From: an uncultured Spirochaetaceae bacterium
GTDB taxonomy: Bacteria; Spirochaetota; Spirochaetia; SZUA-6; RPPD01
Assembly: GCA_964554445.1 (NCBI GenBank)
Contig: CAZKOS010000003.1
Span: 13,399-70,119 of the forward strand
Reading direction: 5' to 3'
Length of the DNA stretch: 56,721 nt
Below the pieces are notes generated by a model. It was not told the DNA's origin. It was given only the letters and a program-made list of their open reading frames with translations, and did no database searches. A program made the translations under genes and the position numbers. How positions within the stretch are numbered: position 1 is the first letter of the stretch; the number at the start of each line of letters is the position of its first letter. Below, piece by piece: positions 44,311-55,697 of the stretch.

Positions 44311-44691
44311 CTACACCCTGCGTGCCTTTTGCGGGCGGCAACCGTTATGGGGAATCGGGGTGATATCGACGATCAGCCGCACCCGAAGACCGAGATTTCC
44401 GATCGACCGGATGGCGGATTCGCGGCCCACGCCCGGGCCCTTGACGTAGACGTCAACTTCCTGAATTCCGTATTCCAGCGCTTTGTTGACGGCCGCTTCA
44501 GTGGTCGATTGGGCGGCGAACGGAGTCGATTTTTTCGCTCCCTTGAAGCCGAGGCTTCCCGCCGACGACCAGGAGATGGTGTTGCCCGTGATATCGGTGA
44601 CGGTCACCACGGTGTTATTGAACGTCGCCTGGATATAGACCCTGGCTTCGCCGAGATTTTTCCTGCGTTCGCGTTTGCTTTTCTTCTTCAC
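44311..44691 (-). CDS. rpsK: 30S ribosomal protein S11
   Basis: [36 protein letters not shown] and [18 protein letters not shown]. Confidence 0.95.
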   Translation of the reverse strand: MKKKSKRERRKNLGEARVYIQATFNNTVVTVTDITGNTISWSSAGSLGFKGAKKSTPFAAQSTTEAAVNKALEYGIQEVDVYVKGPGVGRESAIRSIGNLGLRVRLIVDITPIPHNGCRPQKARRV

Positions 44692-44701
44692 CTCATTCTC
44701 C

Positions 44702-45082
44702 TTACGTGGGTCCGGGTGCCCGCTTCTTGCCGGCGACCGTCTTCCGTTTGCCTTTGCGTGTCCGGGCGTTCGTCTTCGTGCGTTGACCGCGCACGGGCAG
44801 ACCCTTTCTGTGCCTCAACCCGCGATAACTGCCGATGTCCATCAACCGCTTGATGTTCAGGGAAGTTTCGGTCCTTAAGCGGCCTTCGACCTTGTACTCG
44901 TTTTCGATTTCCTTCCGCAACAGGTTGACCTCGTCGGCGGACAGGTCGCCCGTGCGTTTCACCGGGTCGATACCCGTCTTCCGGCAAATGGTCACCGCGG
45001 AGGTGACACCGATTCCGAAAATATGCGTCAACGCGATATGTATCTGTTTATTGGGGAGATCGACCCCGGCGATACGTGCCAT
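44702..45082 (-). CDS. rpsM: 30S ribosomal protein S13
   Basis: [25 protein letters not shown], and [23 protein letters not shown]. Confidence 0.95.
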   Translation of the reverse strand: MARIAGVDLPNKQIHIALTHIFGIGVTSAVTICRKTGIDPVKRTGDLSADEVNLLRKEIENEYKVEGRLRTETSLNIKRLMDIGSYRGLRHRKGLPVRGQRTKTNARTRKGKRKTVAGKKRAPGPT

Positions 45083-45091
45083 GCATTCCTC

Positions 45092-45205
45092 CTACCGCTG
45101 CTTCTGCTTGTGTTTGGGGTTTTCGCAGATGATTCGAACGATACCGCGACGTTTGATGACCTTGCATTTATCGCAAATCGGCCTGACGCTTACTCGTACT
45201 TTCAT
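45092..45205 (-). CDS. rpmJ: 50S ribosomal protein L36
   Basis: Not in the ORF track because it is too short. My translation of the - strand: [37 protein letters not shown], then TAG. Canonical L36 zinc-ribbon sequence between secY and rpsM. Confidence 0.9.
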   Translation of the reverse strand: MKVRVSVRPICDKCKVIKRRGIVRIICENPKHKQKQR

Positions 45206-45214
45206 AACAACCTC

Positions 45215-46609
45215 TTATAGATTTCTGGGCTTGATTTTGCCCTTTTTCACCAATCCCTCTTGGTGGTGCATCCGCAAATAGCTCTCAATCTGCGACATCG
45301 TGTCCAATCCCACGCCGACGATGATGATGAGCGAGGTGCCTCCCATGAAATTGGCGACCATGTACGGAAAGGAGAATATCTTCGTGACGATGTTGGGAAT
45401 GACGGCGATCAGGGCGAGAAAGAGCGATCCGGGAAGAATGATGCGATAGAGAATCCGCATCAGGTATTCCTCCATTTTTTCAGAACGAATTCCCGGTATC
45501 GATCCGCCGTTTTCGCGTATCTGTTTCGATATTTCGGTCGGATTGAGCGTGACTTGCGTGTAAAAATACGCGAAGAAAACGATCAAAATCGCGTAAATGA
45601 CGAGATACCACCCGCCCGAGGGATTGAGAAAGCGCGCCAGCTGCGCGAAAAAAGGCACGCTCGTGGAAAGACTCTGGAAAATCTGGATCGGAAGAATAAT
45701 CAACGCATTGGCGAAGATAATGGGAATGACCCCCGACGGATTCAGCTTGAAGGGAATGTAGATGTTTTGCGAACCATAGATCTTTCTTCCCACGACGCGT
45801 TTCGCGTAGTGGACGGGAATCTTGCGCTGGCCGCGTTGTTCGTAAATGATGAGCGCGACCGTCACCACGAACATGATGATCGCGATCAATATGAAGAGCG
45901 GATTGATTTGCTCGGTATTTCTGGTCGCTCCGATGACTCGGTTCGGCATCAGACCGATCAACACCAGGATTTCCTCGAAAAAACTCAAGATCGATTTCAT
46001 GATGCCCAGCTGCACCAGCACGTCCGGCAGACGGACGATGATCCCGGCGAAAATGATCAGCGACGCCCCGTTGCCGATTCCCCGTTGGTTGATCTGCTCG
46101 CCCACCCACATGAGAAATATCGAGCCGGCAGTGACGGACAAGAGCGAAATGACCTTGAAGAGCGTCGGGTCGATTCTGATGAGCGAAGCGGGAATCTGGC
46201 TGTTGATGAGAAAATAGCCCTGCACCAGACAGAGGACGACCGTGGCGTACCTCATGTAGCGCTGCATTTTCTTTTTGCCGCCTTCTTCCTCGGAGAGCTT
46301 TTTGAGCCGCGGCACGACGACGATGAGCAGCTGAATGATGATGGAGCTGGTGATGTAGGGCATGATCCCCAGCATGAAAACGGAGAAATTCCTGAAGGCG
46401 CCGCCGGCGAAAAGGTCGATATAGTCGAGGATGTTGACGCTGCTTCCGGAAAGCGGCTGCTTCATCGCCTCCTGCAGCGCGATGAAATCTATACCGGGCA
46501 AGGGGATGGTCGCTCCCAGGCGGAAAATAAAAAGCATGACCAGGGTGAAAAGAACCCTTTGCCTCAGTTCATGCGTTCTGAAAATATTTACCAAAGCGTT
46601 TCCGGCCAT
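45215..46609 (-). CDS. secY: preprotein translocase subunit SecY
   Basis: 10-TM protein. LRQRVLFTLVMLFIFRLG, GGAFRNFSVFMLGIMPYITSSII, GEQINQRGIGNGASLIIF. Confidence 0.95.
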   Translation of the reverse strand: MAGNALVNIFRTHELRQRVLFTLVMLFIFRLGATIPLPGIDFIALQEAMKQPLSGSSVNILDYIDLFAGGAFRNFSVFMLGIMPYITSSIIIQLLIVVVPRLKKLSEEEGGKKKMQRYMRYATVVLCLVQGYFLINSQIPASLIRIDPTLFKVISLLSVTAGSIFLMWVGEQINQRGIGNGASLIIFAGIIVRLPDVLVQLGIMKSILSFFEEILVLIGLMPNRVIGATRNTEQINPLFILIAIIMFVVTVALIIYEQRGQRKIPVHYAKRVVGRKIYGSQNIYIPFKLNPSGVIPIIFANALIILPIQIFQSLSTSVPFFAQLARFLNPSGGWYLVIYAILIVFFAYFYTQVTLNPTEISKQIRENGGSIPGIRSEKMEEYLMRILYRIILPGSLFLALIAVIPNIVTKIFSFPYMVANFMGGTSLIIIVGVGLDTMSQIESYLRMHHQEGLVKKGKIKPRNL

Positions 46610-47109
46610 CAGTCTTTACCCTTCGCCTTTTTCATTTTATTTCTCTTCAAAACGGGTTTGGGAGTCTTCAATTCCGTAACGCTGCCGCCGGCCTTGGAGA
46701 TCTTTTCTTTGGCGCTTTCGGAGGCTTTATCAAGCTCGACGATTATTTTTTTCGTCATTTCACCACGGCCGAGCAATTTTACGAGCCCGCAGCTTTTTTT
46801 CAGCATTCCGCGTTGAATCAAAACGTCCTTCGTTACTTTGTCTCCATCGCCGAAAACCTGCAAATCATCCAGATTGATGGTGGTATATCTGATTTTAAAC
46901 GGATAGTTCTTGAATCCACGACGGGCGATGCGTCGAAAAAGCGGCATCTGGCCGCCTTCGAATCCGGGGCGCACTCCCCCGCCGGACCTGGCGTTCTGCC
47001 CTTTATTGCCTTTTCCGGCCGTCGTGCCGCGGCCGCTGCCGAGGCCCCGCCCGACGCGTCTTTTATTTTTGGCCGCTCCTTTGGGGCGCCGTACGAAAAT
47101 ATCGTTCAT
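46609..47109 (-). CDS. rplO: 50S ribosomal protein L15
   Basis: KNKRRVGRGLGSGRGTTAGKGNKGQNARSGGGVRPGFEGGQMPLFRRI. Its stop overlaps the secY ATG by 1 nt. Confidence 0.95.
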   Translation of the reverse strand: MNDIFVRRPKGAAKNKRRVGRGLGSGRGTTAGKGNKGQNARSGGGVRPGFEGGQMPLFRRIARRGFKNYPFKIRYTTINLDDLQVFGDGDKVTKDVLIQRGMLKKSCGLVKLLGRGEMTKKIIVELDKASESAKEKISKAGGSVTELKTPKPVLKRNKMKKAKGKD

Positions 47110-47303
47110 GATTCCATATCCTCCACTCGCACCATGTGGGCGACAGCTCGTACCATGCCGAGGATCTCGGGACGGGCCTCGTGGGTGACGCTCGCGTGCA
47201 TGCGTTTCAGCCCGAGCGCCACGGCGGTCTTCCGGACAGCCGGCTTCTGGCTGATCGGGCTCTTGATGAGGGTGATTTTGATTTTTTTGTTTTTTTCAGC
47301 CAT
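47106..47303 (-). CDS. rpmD: 50S ribosomal protein L30
   Basis: KIKITLIKSPISQKPAVRKTAVALGLKRMH. 65 aa. Position between rpsE and rplO. Confidence 0.9.
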   Translation of the reverse strand: MAEKNKKIKITLIKSPISQKPAVRKTAVALGLKRMHASVTHEARPEILGMVRAVAHMVRVEDMES

Positions 47304-47304
47304 C

Positions 47305-47802
47305 TTAACCCCACATTTCCTTCACCGTTTTGCCGCGATTGTCGGAAATCCGTTTGGCGTCCATCATGCTGTCGAGCCCGATAAAGGCCGCCTTCACGAT
47401 GTTCGACGCATTGGGCGAGCCGAGCGACTTGCTCAAAAGGTCGTGCACCCCGACGGCTTCCATGACGGCGCGGATCGGGCCGCCGGCGATAATGCCGGTG
47501 CCGGGCGCCGCCGGTCGCAGCAGAACCCGGGCGCCCTTGAATTTGATCTTTACGGGATGAGGCAGCGTCTGATTCTTAATGGAATATTTCTTCATGTTCT
47601 TCCGGGCCCGCTCGAGGCTTTTCCGAATCGCCTCGGAAACGTCATTGGCTTTTCCGAAACCGAACCCGGCGCTCCCTTTTCTGTCGCCGACGACAGAAAG
47701 CGCCGAGAACGAAAATCGTCTTCCGCCCTTCACCACTTTGGCGACGCGGTTCAATTTGACCAATTTTTCCAGAAATTCATTCTGATTTTTATCGCGCTCC
47801 AC
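47305..47802 (-). CDS. rpsE: 30S ribosomal protein S5
   Basis: [55 protein letters not shown]. Confidence 0.95.
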   Translation of the reverse strand: MERDKNQNEFLEKLVKLNRVAKVVKGGRRFSFSALSVVGDRKGSAGFGFGKANDVSEAIRKSLERARKNMKKYSIKNQTLPHPVKIKFKGARVLLRPAAPGTGIIAGGPIRAVMEAVGVHDLLSKSLGSPNASNIVKAAFIGLDSMMDAKRISDNRGKTVKEMWG

Positions 47803-47812
47803 GTCTTACTCC

Positions 47813-48172
47813 CTAGAATTCGATTCCCGCCTTGCGAATACCCTCCGCGACGGCTTTGACGATACCATGATACGGATACCCGTTTCTGTCGAAAGCGATG
47901 GTGTTGATGTTTTTCCCTTTCAGGCGTTCTGCCATGATCGCACCAAGCCGACCGATGCCTTCGACGTTATTCTTGATGTCTCGCAGTTCCTTTTCAAGGT
48001 TCGAGGCCGAGACCAGGGTTTCCCCTTTTTTGTCGTCAATCGCCTGGAGGTAGGTAAAACGATTGCTTTTAAAAATCGAGACACGAAGGCGCTCGTTCGA
48101 ACATTTCAGCTTTTTCCTGATGTGCATTTTGCGCCGGTTGCGCTTCCTGATCGTATCGAGTTCCTTTTTCAT
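47813..48172 (-). CDS. rplR: 50S ribosomal protein L18
   Basis: RRKMHIRKKL...RLRVSIFKSNRFTYLQAID, FDRNGYPYHGIVKAVAEGIRKAGIEF. Confidence 0.95.
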   Translation of the reverse strand: MKKELDTIRKRNRRKMHIRKKLKCSNERLRVSIFKSNRFTYLQAIDDKKGETLVSASNLEKELRDIKNNVEGIGRLGAIMAERLKGKNINTIAFDRNGYPYHGIVKAVAEGIRKAGIEF

Positions 48173-48181
48173 ACCGTCCTC

Positions 48182-48721
48182 TTATTTCACCCCTGTCTTC
48201 CCGACCTTCTTGCGAATGCGTTCTTCCTCATATTTGATGCCTTTGCCTTTATACGGTTCGGGCGGTCTGAAGTTTCTAATTTCCGCGCAGATTTTTCCGA
48301 GTTTTTCCTTGTCGATCGAACCGATCGTCACCCGGTTATTGGCTTCCACGTCGATGGTGATCCCCTCGGGAATCGGGTACTCGATGGGATTTGAAAATCC
48401 GAGATTGAAGAGGATAGAATTGCCTTTTTTCTCGGCGCGGTATCCGACCCCGTTTATTACCAGGACGCGCTTAAAGCCGACGGAGACGCCTTTGACCATA
48501 TTGTTGATCAAATTCCGGTAGAGACCGTGCAGGGCGCGTACCTTCTTCGAGTCATTCGACCGCAGAACGTTGATTTTCCCGTCCTTCATCTCGACGGTGA
48601 CTTCCGGACGATAAGGAATGGATAATTTTCCCTTCGGCCCCTCCACGCGCACCGTACCGTCCTTGATTTCGACTTTCACGCCTTGCGCAATGACGACCGG
48701 GAGCTTGCCAATTCGCGACAT
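48182..48721 (-). CDS. rplF: 50S ribosomal protein L6
   Basis: ATG at 48721 (MSRIGKLPVVIAQGVKVEIKDGTV), PEPYKGKGIKYEEE. The track ORF start at 48778 overlaps rpsH. Confidence 0.95.
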   Translation of the reverse strand: MSRIGKLPVVIAQGVKVEIKDGTVRVEGPKGKLSIPYRPEVTVEMKDGKINVLRSNDSKKVRALHGLYRNLINNMVKGVSVGFKRVLVINGVGYRAEKKGNSILFNLGFSNPIEYPIPEGITIDVEANNRVTIGSIDKEKLGKICAEIRNFRPPEPYKGKGIKYEEERIRKKVGKTGVK

Positions 48722-48734
48722 GGTCTTCCCTTCT

Positions 48735-49133
48735 TTACCAAATGCTGCAGATGAGCTCTCCGCCCATCCGCTTGTCAAAAGCCTTTTTCCCCGTGGTGAT
48801 GCCTTGCGAGGTGGATATCAGCAGGACGCCGTATCCATTGAAAATCCGAGGCATCTTCTGGCAGCCGACGTAAAATCTCCTGCCCGGCGTCGACAACCGC
48901 TCGACGCCGTGGATGACGGGGTTCATTCTCTCATCGTACTTCAGGAAAATACGGATATAATTCTTGCCGTTTTCCTGGTGCTTTTTGAAATTTTTGATGT
49001 ATCCTTCGTTCTTCAGAATCTTGACGATCTCAAGCTTTATCTTCGATGTGATGATATCGACCTTTTCAAACCGAGCATTCACCGCATTACGAATCTTCGT
49101 CAACATATCCGCGATGGGATCAGAAACACTCAT
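48735..49133 (-). CDS. rpsH: 30S ribosomal protein S8
   Basis: [14 protein letters not shown], and [31 protein letters not shown]. Confidence 0.95.
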   Translation of the reverse strand: MSVSDPIADMLTKIRNAVNARFEKVDIITSKIKLEIVKILKNEGYIKNFKKHQENGKNYIRIFLKYDERMNPVIHGVERLSTPGRRFYVGCQKMPRIFNGYGVLLISTSQGITTGKKAFDKRMGGELICSIW

Positions 49134-49146
49134 TCGCCTTCTCCTC

Positions 49147-49332
49147 TTACCAGCTCGATTTTGTCACGCCGGGAATCTTCCCCTGGCTCGCCAACAAACG
49201 GAAACAAATACGACACATCTGAAACTTCCCGATGTATCCCCGTTGGCGGCCGCATATCCTGCAGCGATTGACCTTGCGCGTGGAGTATTTCGGTTTCCGC
49301 GCCGCTTTGATTCTCATTGCTTTTCTGGCCAT
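49147..49332 (-). CDS. rpsN: 30S ribosomal protein S14 (zinc-binding type Z)
   Basis: 61 aa. [10 protein letters not shown]...[11 protein letters not shown]...MCRICFR with two CxxC pairs. Confidence 0.95.
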   Translation of the reverse strand: MARKAMRIKAARKPKYSTRKVNRCRICGRQRGYIGKFQMCRICFRLLASQGKIPGVTKSSW

Positions 49333-49343
49333 TCTCTTCCTCG

Positions 49344-49901
49344 CTATTTCCGGAAAGGCATTCCCATTTTCTGTAAAAGGCTCTTCGCCTCGCCGTCGGT
49401 TTGAGCGGTGGTGGCAATGACGATATTCAGGCCGCTCACCTTTTCAATGCTGTCGTAATCGATTTCAGGAAAGATAATCTGCTCTTTGACGCCCATGGCG
49501 TAATTGCCGTGACCGTCAAAGGCATTGGGATTGGTCCCGCGAAAATCCTTGACGCGCGGTAATGAAACGTTGACGAGTCGATCGAAGAACTCGTACATGT
49601 AATTCCCGCGCAGGGTCACCATGGCGCCGATTTCCATACCGGTGCGGATTTTGAATTGCGCGATGGATTTCTTGGCCTTGGTCTTCACGGGCTTCCTGCC
49701 GCTGATCTGGGAAAGTTCGCGCAATACCGAATCAAGGGCCTTCTTATTGACGGTCGCCTCGCCGCAGCCCACATTGAGGACAATTTTCTCGATTTTCGGT
49801 ATCTGCATGACGGTCGTGTATCCAAACTCATCACGCAATTCCTTGATGACCTTTTCCTTGTAGAGCGATTTGAGTCGTGGTTCGTATTTGGCCGCACTCA
49901 T
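49344..49901 (-). CDS. rplE: 50S ribosomal protein L5
   Basis: ATG at 49901 ([18 protein letters not shown]) overlaps the rplX stop by 1 nt (TAATG). [38 protein letters not shown]. Confidence 0.95.
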   Translation of the reverse strand: MSAAKYEPRLKSLYKEKVIKELRDEFGYTTVMQIPKIEKIVLNVGCGEATVNKKALDSVLRELSQISGRKPVKTKAKKSIAQFKIRTGMEIGAMVTLRGNYMYEFFDRLVNVSLPRVKDFRGTNPNAFDGHGNYAMGVKEQIIFPEIDYDSIEKVSGLNIVIATTAQTDGEAKSLLQKMGMPFRK

Positions 49902-50221
49902 TAAATTTTCTCTCCGCATTTTCTACAGATTCGCGCCTTTTGGCCGTCGGCAAGCTTGTATCCGATTCTGGTCGGGCCGCATTTTTTACAGACAATCATG
50001 ACATTGGCGGACGCGATATACGCCTCGAGCTCCTTGATACCGCCCTTGTCGTTCTGCTTCTTCTGCTTCATCGCCTTCTTCACGATGTTGAGTCCCGCGA
50101 CGATAACGCGGCGCTTCTGGTGATCGACGCTCAAAATTCGTCCGCTTTTCCCGCGGTCCTTGCCCTTGATGACTTTGACCGTATCGTCTCGCTTTAATTT
50201 TATGGTGTTCCCAGCCGACAT
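49901..50221 (-). CDS. rplX: 50S ribosomal protein L24
   Basis: [25 protein letters not shown] (KOW motif). 106 aa. Confidence 0.95.
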   Translation of the reverse strand: MSAGNTIKLKRDDTVKVIKGKDRGKSGRILSVDHQKRRVIVAGLNIVKKAMKQKKQNDKGGIKELEAYIASANVMIVCKKCGPTRIGYKLADGQKARICRKCGEKI

Positions 50222-50231
50222 CGTTTTTCTC

Positions 50232-50600
50232 CTATAATACTTCCGGAGCCAGGGAAACGATTTTCATGAAATTCTTATCGCGAAGTTCCCTCGCCACCGG
50301 TCCGAAGATTCGTTTCCCTTTCGGGTTTAGGCTCGCATCAATGATCACGCAGGCGTTATCGTCGAACCTGATATAGGATCCGTCGGGTCGCCTGTATTCA
50401 CGCTTCGTGCGGACGATGACCGCCCGTTCCACCGTGCCCTTTTTTATGGAGGCATTGGCGATGGCGTCCTTCACGGCCACGACGATGATGTCTCCGATTG
50501 AGGCGTATTTGCGGCGCGTTCCGCCCAGGACCTTGATACACATGACGTTTTTCGCCCCGCTGTTGTCGGCGACCGTCAGGTATGTTCTCATCTGAATCAT
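50232..50600 (-). CDS. rplN: 50S ribosomal protein L14
   Basis: [27 protein letters not shown], and [12 protein letters not shown]. Confidence 0.95.
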   Translation of the reverse strand: MIQMRTYLTVADNSGAKNVMCIKVLGGTRRKYASIGDIIVVAVKDAIANASIKKGTVERAVIVRTKREYRRPDGSYIRFDDNACVIIDASLNPKGKRIFGPVARELRDKNFMKIVSLAPEVL

Positions 50601-50624
50601 AGTAATTACCTTTATTTCAAAGCT

Positions 50625-50894
50625 TTATTTCGCCCGTTCAACGATTTCCAGGAGTTTCCAGCATTTTTCCCTGGAAATCGGCCTCGATTCGATGACACGC
50701 ACCCGGTCTCCGATCTGGCATTCGTTCTTTTCGTCGTGCACCTTCAGCTTTTTCGTCCGCATGATGTATTTTTTGTACAAAGGATGAAGCTTCCTTTGTT
50801 CGATGCTGACGACGATCGTCTTCTGCATTTTATTGCTCAGGACCTTGCCCGTGAAAATCTTCTTGTTCGCGTTGACGGCGTTTTTCGTCTCCAT
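50625..50894 (-). CDS. rpsQ: 30S ribosomal protein S17
   Basis: [53 protein letters not shown]. Confidence 0.95.
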   Translation of the reverse strand: METKNAVNANKKIFTGKVLSNKMQKTIVVSIEQRKLHPLYKKYIMRTKKLKVHDEKNECQIGDRVRVIESRPISREKCWKLLEIVERAK

Positions 50895-50902
50895 GCTCGC
50901 TC

Positions 50903-51103
50903 CTACTGTTTCCTGATGCCGAGGGCAAATTCGTGTATGAGAGTGTTGAGACGCGCGATTTTTCTTCGCAGCACTCTCTCTTCCAGCGTGTTTTCCACGT
51001 GGCCGATGACGACATTAAATCGAACGTCGCGATATTTTTTCACCAACTCTTCCTTTTTGGTGATCAATTCCTTATACGTCGAGTCTTTGAATGAATCACG
51101 CAT
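50903..51103 (-). CDS. rpmC: 50S ribosomal protein L29
   Basis: ATG at 51103 gives a 66-aa helical protein ([29 protein letters not shown]). Position between rplP and rpsQ. The track ORF start at 51214 lies inside rplP. Confidence 0.85.
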   Translation of the reverse strand: MRDSFKDSTYKELITKKEELVKKYRDVRFNVVIGHVENTLEERVLRRKIARLNTLIHEFALGIRKQ

Positions 51104-51524
51104 GTTCCTGCTCCAAACCTCTGCGCATGACGAATTTGGTGCTGATCGGGAGCTTGTTGCCGGCCAGGCGGATGGCGCTCGCCGCCAGTTCCTTCGTGAC
51201 GCCGTGAATTTCAAAAAGGATCATTCCCCGCTGAACGGTCGCGACCCAATATTCAGGATTTCCCTTGCCTTTGCCCATTCGGGTTTCGGCCGGTTTCTTC
51301 GTATACGGCTTATCCGGAAAAAGCCGGATCCATACTTTCCCGCCGCGCTTGATGTGGCGCGTCATGGCGATACGGGCGGCCTCGATCTGCCGGTTGGAAA
51401 TCCACTTTGTCTCCAACGACATGAGTCCGAAATCTCCGAACGCCAGGGTATTGTTTCTCGTGGCATCGCGATTTTTCCACCGGCGCATTTGTTTCCGGTA
51501 TTTGGTCCTTTTCGGGCTAAGCAT
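51096..51524 (-). CDS. rplP: 50S ribosomal protein L16
   Basis: [37 protein letters not shown] and [27 protein letters not shown]. Confidence 0.95.
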   Translation of the reverse strand: MLSPKRTKYRKQMRRWKNRDATRNNTLAFGDFGLMSLETKWISNRQIEAARIAMTRHIKRGGKVWIRLFPDKPYTKKPAETRMGKGKGNPEYWVATVQRGMILFEIHGVTKELAASAIRLAGNKLPISTKFVMRRGLEQEHA

Positions 51525-52227
51525 CTTCTCTGTCGCTCCTTGCCTTGCCGGTATGTTTTTTCAACAGCAAGCCGGCGTCGTCCTTCCGGTCACGGTCGAA
51601 CACTTCGCCGTGGAAAATCCACACCTTGACGCCGATGGTCCCGAACGTGGTCACCGAGGTCGAGGTGGCGTAGTCGATATCGGCGCGGAACGTATGAAGG
51701 GGCACCCGGCCTTCCTTGTATTCTTCACGGCGGGCGATTTCCGCCCCTCCCAAGCGTCCCGACAGTTTTACCTTGATGCCCTGCACTCCCGATTTCATCG
51801 CCGTGGAAATCGCCATTTTCATGACCCGGCGATGGGGCATGCGGTTTTTCAGCTGCCGCGCGATGTTGTCGGCTATCAGCTGGGAGACGGTCTCGGGATT
51901 CCTGATCTCCTTTATCTTGATCTGAACCTTTTTGCCGAGCTTTTTCTGAAGGTCGTTGCCCAACTTTTCAATGGTCACACCCTTGGCGCCGATGATCGCT
52001 CCGGGCCTCCCCGAATGGATGATGACCGTGACCCGTTGCGGGTGTCTGATGATTTCAACATCGGATACTTCCGCGCCCGTCGTTTCGGGACTTTTTTCGA
52101 GATAGCGGCGGATCTCCAAGTCTTCGTGCAGCACGTTCGCGTATTCTTTCGGTTCGACGTACCACTTCGATTTCCAGTATTTATTGATGTTGAGACGTAA
52201 TCCGTAGGGATTGACCTTCTGCCCCAT
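51517..52227 (-). CDS. rpsC: 30S ribosomal protein S3
   Basis: [14 protein letters not shown] domain [11 protein letters not shown], and [12 protein letters not shown]. Confidence 0.95.
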   Translation of the reverse strand: MGQKVNPYGLRLNINKYWKSKWYVEPKEYANVLHEDLEIRRYLEKSPETTGAEVSDVEIIRHPQRVTVIIHSGRPGAIIGAKGVTIEKLGNDLQKKLGKKVQIKIKEIRNPETVSQLIADNIARQLKNRMPHRRVMKMAISTAMKSGVQGIKVKLSGRLGGAEIARREEYKEGRVPLHTFRADIDYATSTSVTTFGTIGVKVWIFHGEVFDRDRKDDAGLLLKKHTGKARSDREDA

Positions 52228-52230
52228 AGT

Positions 52231-52590
52231 TTACCTTTCCTGCGACAATTCGTTCATAACGACGGAAACGTGGCTGGCACGGCGCAGCAGAACGTCCGCT
52301 TTCCGTCTCGCCCGCGGCCAGATTCTTTTCATCCGCGGTCCGTCGTTCACTTGTAACTCGTGGATGTACAGCATGTCTTCCTCCAATTTTTTATTTTGAT
52401 AAATCGCATTGGAGGCCGCGGATTTCAACAATTTCTTGAGAATTCTCGCACCTTTGTTGGGAAGCGCTTCCAGAATCGCCATCGCCTCGACATAAGGCTT
52501 TTTCCTTAAGTGAACGGCGATGCGGCGGACTTTGGAGGGAGCGATGAGAACGAATCTGACGCTCGCGCTGTATCCTTTCTTCTTTTCCAT
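52231..52590 (-). CDS. rplV: 50S ribosomal protein L22
   Basis: RFVLIAPSKVRRIAVHLRKKPYVEAMAILE and VNDGPRMKRIWPRARRKADVLLRRASHVSVVM. Confidence 0.95.
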   Translation of the reverse strand: MEKKKGYSASVRFVLIAPSKVRRIAVHLRKKPYVEAMAILEALPNKGARILKKLLKSAASNAIYQNKKLEEDMLYIHELQVNDGPRMKRIWPRARRKADVLLRRASHVSVVMNELSQER

Positions 52591-52600
52591 GGGTCACGTC

Positions 52601-52936
52601 CTATTGCTGCCCGGCGGGCGAAGGCGTGGGCGCCGCGGCCGCCGGAGCTGATGAAGAGGAGCTGGACGACTTCTTTTCAGAACCGGCGTGAGTTCTGAAA
52701 ACACGCGTCGGAGCGAACTCCCCGAGTTTATGACCGACGAGGTTTTCAGTGACGTACACCGGAATCCAGGTTTTGCCATTATAAACGGAGATTGTCAACC
52801 CCACCATTTCGGGAATGATCGTCGAGCAGCGGGAATAAGTCTTGATCATGCGCTTTTCGCCCTTTTTCTGCAAATCGACGATTTTCTTGTAAAGATTCTT
52901 GTCGATGAACGGGCCCTTTTTAATCGAACGTGACAC
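52601..52936 (-). CDS. rpsS: 30S ribosomal protein S19 with Ser/Ala/Pro-rich C-terminal tail
   Basis: [45 protein letters not shown], then [26 protein letters not shown]. Confidence 0.95.
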   Translation of the reverse strand: MSRSIKKGPFIDKNLYKKIVDLQKKGEKRMIKTYSRCSTIIPEMVGLTISVYNGKTWIPVYVTENLVGHKLGEFAPTRVFRTHAGSEKKSSSSSSSAPAAAAPTPSPAGQQ

Positions 52937-52945
52937 GGTCCTCTC

Positions 52946-53770
52946 CTATTTTCTTCGTTTAACGATAAAATTGCTCGAGGTCTTCTTTTTCTTTCGCGTC
53001 TTGAAGCCCTTGGTGGGTTTGCCCCAGGGAGTCACCGGATGGCGGCCGCCGGACGTTTTTCCCTCGCCGCCGCCGTGCGGATGATCGTGGGGGTTCATGA
53101 CGACGCCGCGGGTCTTCGGTCGTCTGCCGAGCCAGCGCGATCGCCCCGCTTTGCCGAGGCTGATGTTCATGTGATCCTCATTGGAAAGCTCTCCGACGGT
53201 GGCATAGCATTTTTTGAAGACCAGGCGCGTCTCACCGGAAGGCAGACGAATCGTCACGTAATCGCCCTCTTTCGCCACGATCACCGCTCTCGAGCCGGCG
53301 CTCCGGACCATCTGGCCTCCCCGCCCGCGCGTCAACTCGATGTTGTGAATGTTGATCCCCAAGGGGATGTGCTCGAGCGGCATGGCGTTTCCGATTTCCA
53401 TGGGCGCTTGCGGTCCGCTGACGACTTTCTTTCCGACGACGATCCCCTTGGGAGCGAGGATATAGCGTTTTTCGCCATCGGCGTAATGAATCAAGCAGAT
53501 GAAGGCGCTCCGATTGGGATCGTATTCGACGCTGAATACTTTTCCCTCGATCCCGATTTTATCGCGTTTGAAATCAATCGTGCGATACAACCGGCGATGG
53601 CGGCCGCCGCGCCGCCTGACGCTCACTCTCCCGTTCGAGGCCCGTCCGGCCTTCGAGGGAAGGAATTTGGTGAGTGATTTTTCCGGTTGGGAAGCGGTCA
53701 ATTCCTCGAACGTGAGCACGGTCTTGTAGCGAGTACTCGCTGTCACCGGTTTGTATTTTCTAATCCCCAC
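52946..53770 (-). CDS. rplB: 50S ribosomal protein L2
   Basis: [57 protein letters not shown]. Confidence 0.95.
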   Translation of the reverse strand: MGIRKYKPVTASTRYKTVLTFEELTASQPEKSLTKFLPSKAGRASNGRVSVRRRGGRHRRLYRTIDFKRDKIGIEGKVFSVEYDPNRSAFICLIHYADGEKRYILAPKGIVVGKKVVSGPQAPMEIGNAMPLEHIPLGINIHNIELTRGRGGQMVRSAGSRAVIVAKEGDYVTIRLPSGETRLVFKKCYATVGELSNEDHMNISLGKAGRSRWLGRRPKTRGVVMNPHDHPHGGGEGKTSGGRHPVTPWGKPTKGFKTRKKKKTSSNFIVKRRK

Positions 53771-53819
53771 CTTCGGTACCTCTTTCTTTTCTCTTCGCTC
53801 GTCTCCGCGCCAAGGACGA

Positions 53820-54104
53820 TCAAGCGCCCTCGAAGACGCCGATGGTCTCGCTCTGCGGAAGGGTCACGATCGCCTTTTTCCAGGTGGCGGTATACCCTTT
53901 TTTATAACGAACCCGCTTGGGCTTCGATTTGACGGTCAGCACTCGGCACTCCAGGCAATGGACATTGAACAACTCGCGGAGCGCCTGCTTGATCTGGAAT
54001 TTATTCGCCTTCATATCGACGCGAAAAACGTATTTTTTCTTTTCCTTTAAGCGGTTCGATTTTTCAGTGACGACCGGTTCAATGATGATTTGGTTGGCGG
54101 TCAT
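53820..54104 (-). CDS. rplW: 50S ribosomal protein L23
   Basis: [42 protein letters not shown]. 94 aa. Overlaps the rplD stop by 4 nt. Confidence 0.95.
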   Translation of the reverse strand: MTANQIIIEPVVTEKSNRLKEKKKYVFRVDMKANKFQIKQALRELFNVHCLECRVLTVKSKPKRVRYKKGYTATWKKAIVTLPQSETIGVFEGA

Positions 54105-54730
54105 TTTTTCTCTCCGAAAAAGGTATTGAGACTGGCGGCGGCCTTTTCACAGAGCAGTACGTGCTGACTGTAAAAAAGATCATGGGCGCGCAGTTTGTTG
54201 TACTGAAGCAGGGTGAGCCAGGGTACGTTTGATCCCGCGCGTTTCACCAATTTGTCGTCGGCATTGAGAATGATCACCGTTTTTTCCATTTTCGAGAGTT
54301 TCTGAATCATCCGGACGAGATCTTTCGTTTTTCCGGATTCCAGGGCGATATCCTCGACGACCTGGAGCTTTTCCTCTTTCAGCTTCAGGCTGAGAAGCGA
54401 TTTCATGGCGAGCTGCTTCAGTTTTCGCGGCAATTTATAGCTGTAATCACGCGGTTTCGGACCGAAAACGGTCCCTCCCCCGACCCAGAGCGGCGATTTT
54501 TTATCGCCCGAACGGGCCCGGCCCGTTCCTTTCTGGCGCCAGGGTTTCTGATTCGACCCGTGAACTTCTTTCCTGGTCTTCGTGCATGCGTTCCCTTGCC
54601 GACGGTTGGCAAGCTCGTTGCGAAGCGCGTGATAAATGGCGCCTTCGCTCACCTTGATTCCGAAGACTCCGTCGGCCAAATCGATTTCCTTGACGGATTG
54701 ACCTTCTGTTGAAAAGACCTTCGTTTTCAT
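54101..54730 (-). CDS. rplD: 50S ribosomal protein L4
   Basis: [44 protein letters not shown]. Confidence 0.95.
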   Translation of the reverse strand: MKTKVFSTEGQSVKEIDLADGVFGIKVSEGAIYHALRNELANRRQGNACTKTRKEVHGSNQKPWRQKGTGRARSGDKKSPLWVGGGTVFGPKPRDYSYKLPRKLKQLAMKSLLSLKLKEEKLQVVEDIALESGKTKDLVRMIQKLSKMEKTVIILNADDKLVKRAGSNVPWLTLLQYNKLRAHDLFYSQHVLLCEKAAASLNTFFGEKK

Positions 54731-55359
54731 TTCAGCCTCGATTTCCGTTTGGCCGTTGAGACGATGAGCGTGTTGTGAATCGCGCCCGGAACGGAGCCGC
54801 GGACTAAAAGCATTTTATTCTCCGGGTCCACTTTCACCAGCCGGAGGTTCTGCGTCGTGACTCGATTGTTGCCCATATGCCCGGGCATTTTTTTGCCCTT
54901 GAAGACATGGGACGGATACGAGTTTTGCCCCGTCGACCCGACCTCGCGGTGGGTCTTTGAGCCGTGGGTGCTCTTCCCGCCCTTGAAACCGTGCCGGCGA
55001 ATAACCCCCTGATAGCCTTTGCCCTTGCAGACTCCGACCACGTCGACGAACGAAATATCCTGGAAAATCTCCACGCCGAATTTGTCGCCGACTTTGCATT
55101 CACGCTCAAAGTCGCGAAACTCACGGACGATTCTCAAAGGCTCAATACCCTGCGGGAATTGTTTGGCGACCGGCTTTTTCACCCTGTTCTTTTTGGCGGG
55201 CCTGGTGCCGACGACGAGCGCGTCGTATCCGTTTTTCTCCTTGTTCCTGGAACCGATCACCACGTGGTCTTCGACCTTGATGACGGTCACCGGAACGAGT
55301 ACGCCGGCCTCGTCGAACATCTGCGTCATTCCTATTTTTTCACCTATGACGGCAAGCAT
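54727..55359 (-). CDS. rplC: 50S ribosomal protein L3
   Basis: [33 protein letters not shown] and [16 protein letters not shown]. Confidence 0.95.
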   Translation of the reverse strand: MLAVIGEKIGMTQMFDEAGVLVPVTVIKVEDHVVIGSRNKEKNGYDALVVGTRPAKKNRVKKPVAKQFPQGIEPLRIVREFRDFERECKVGDKFGVEIFQDISFVDVVGVCKGKGYQGVIRRHGFKGGKSTHGSKTHREVGSTGQNSYPSHVFKGKKMPGHMGNNRVTTQNLRLVKVDPENKMLLVRGSVPGAIHNTLIVSTAKRKSRLK

Positions 55360-55371
55360 ACTGTCACACCT

Positions 55372-55680
55372 TTACTGCTTGATCTCGACATCGACTCCCG
55401 CCGGCAGCTCGAGCTTCATGAGCGCGTCCATGACGGCGGGGGTCGGTTCGATGATGTCGATCAACCGTTTGTGCGTGCGCATTTCAAACTGCTCACGCGA
55501 TTTCTTATTGACGTGAGGAGAGCGCAGCACCGTGAATTTGTTGATCTTCGTCGGCAGCGGAATCGGACCGCACACCTTGGAACCAGCCTTCATCACGGTC
55601 TTCACAATCGATTTTGCGCTTTGATCTATGAGCTCAATATCGAATCCGCGCAACCGAACCCGAATTCTCTCCTTGGCCAT
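55372..55680 (-). CDS. rpsJ: 30S ribosomal protein S10
   Basis: [22 protein letters not shown] and [39 protein letters not shown]. Confidence 0.95.
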   Translation of the reverse strand: MAKERIRVRLRGFDIELIDQSAKSIVKTVMKAGSKVCGPIPLPTKINKFTVLRSPHVNKKSREQFEMRTHKRLIDIIEPTPAVMDALMKLELPAGVDVEIKQ

Positions 55681-55697
55681 TTGTCCTCCAGATAAAA

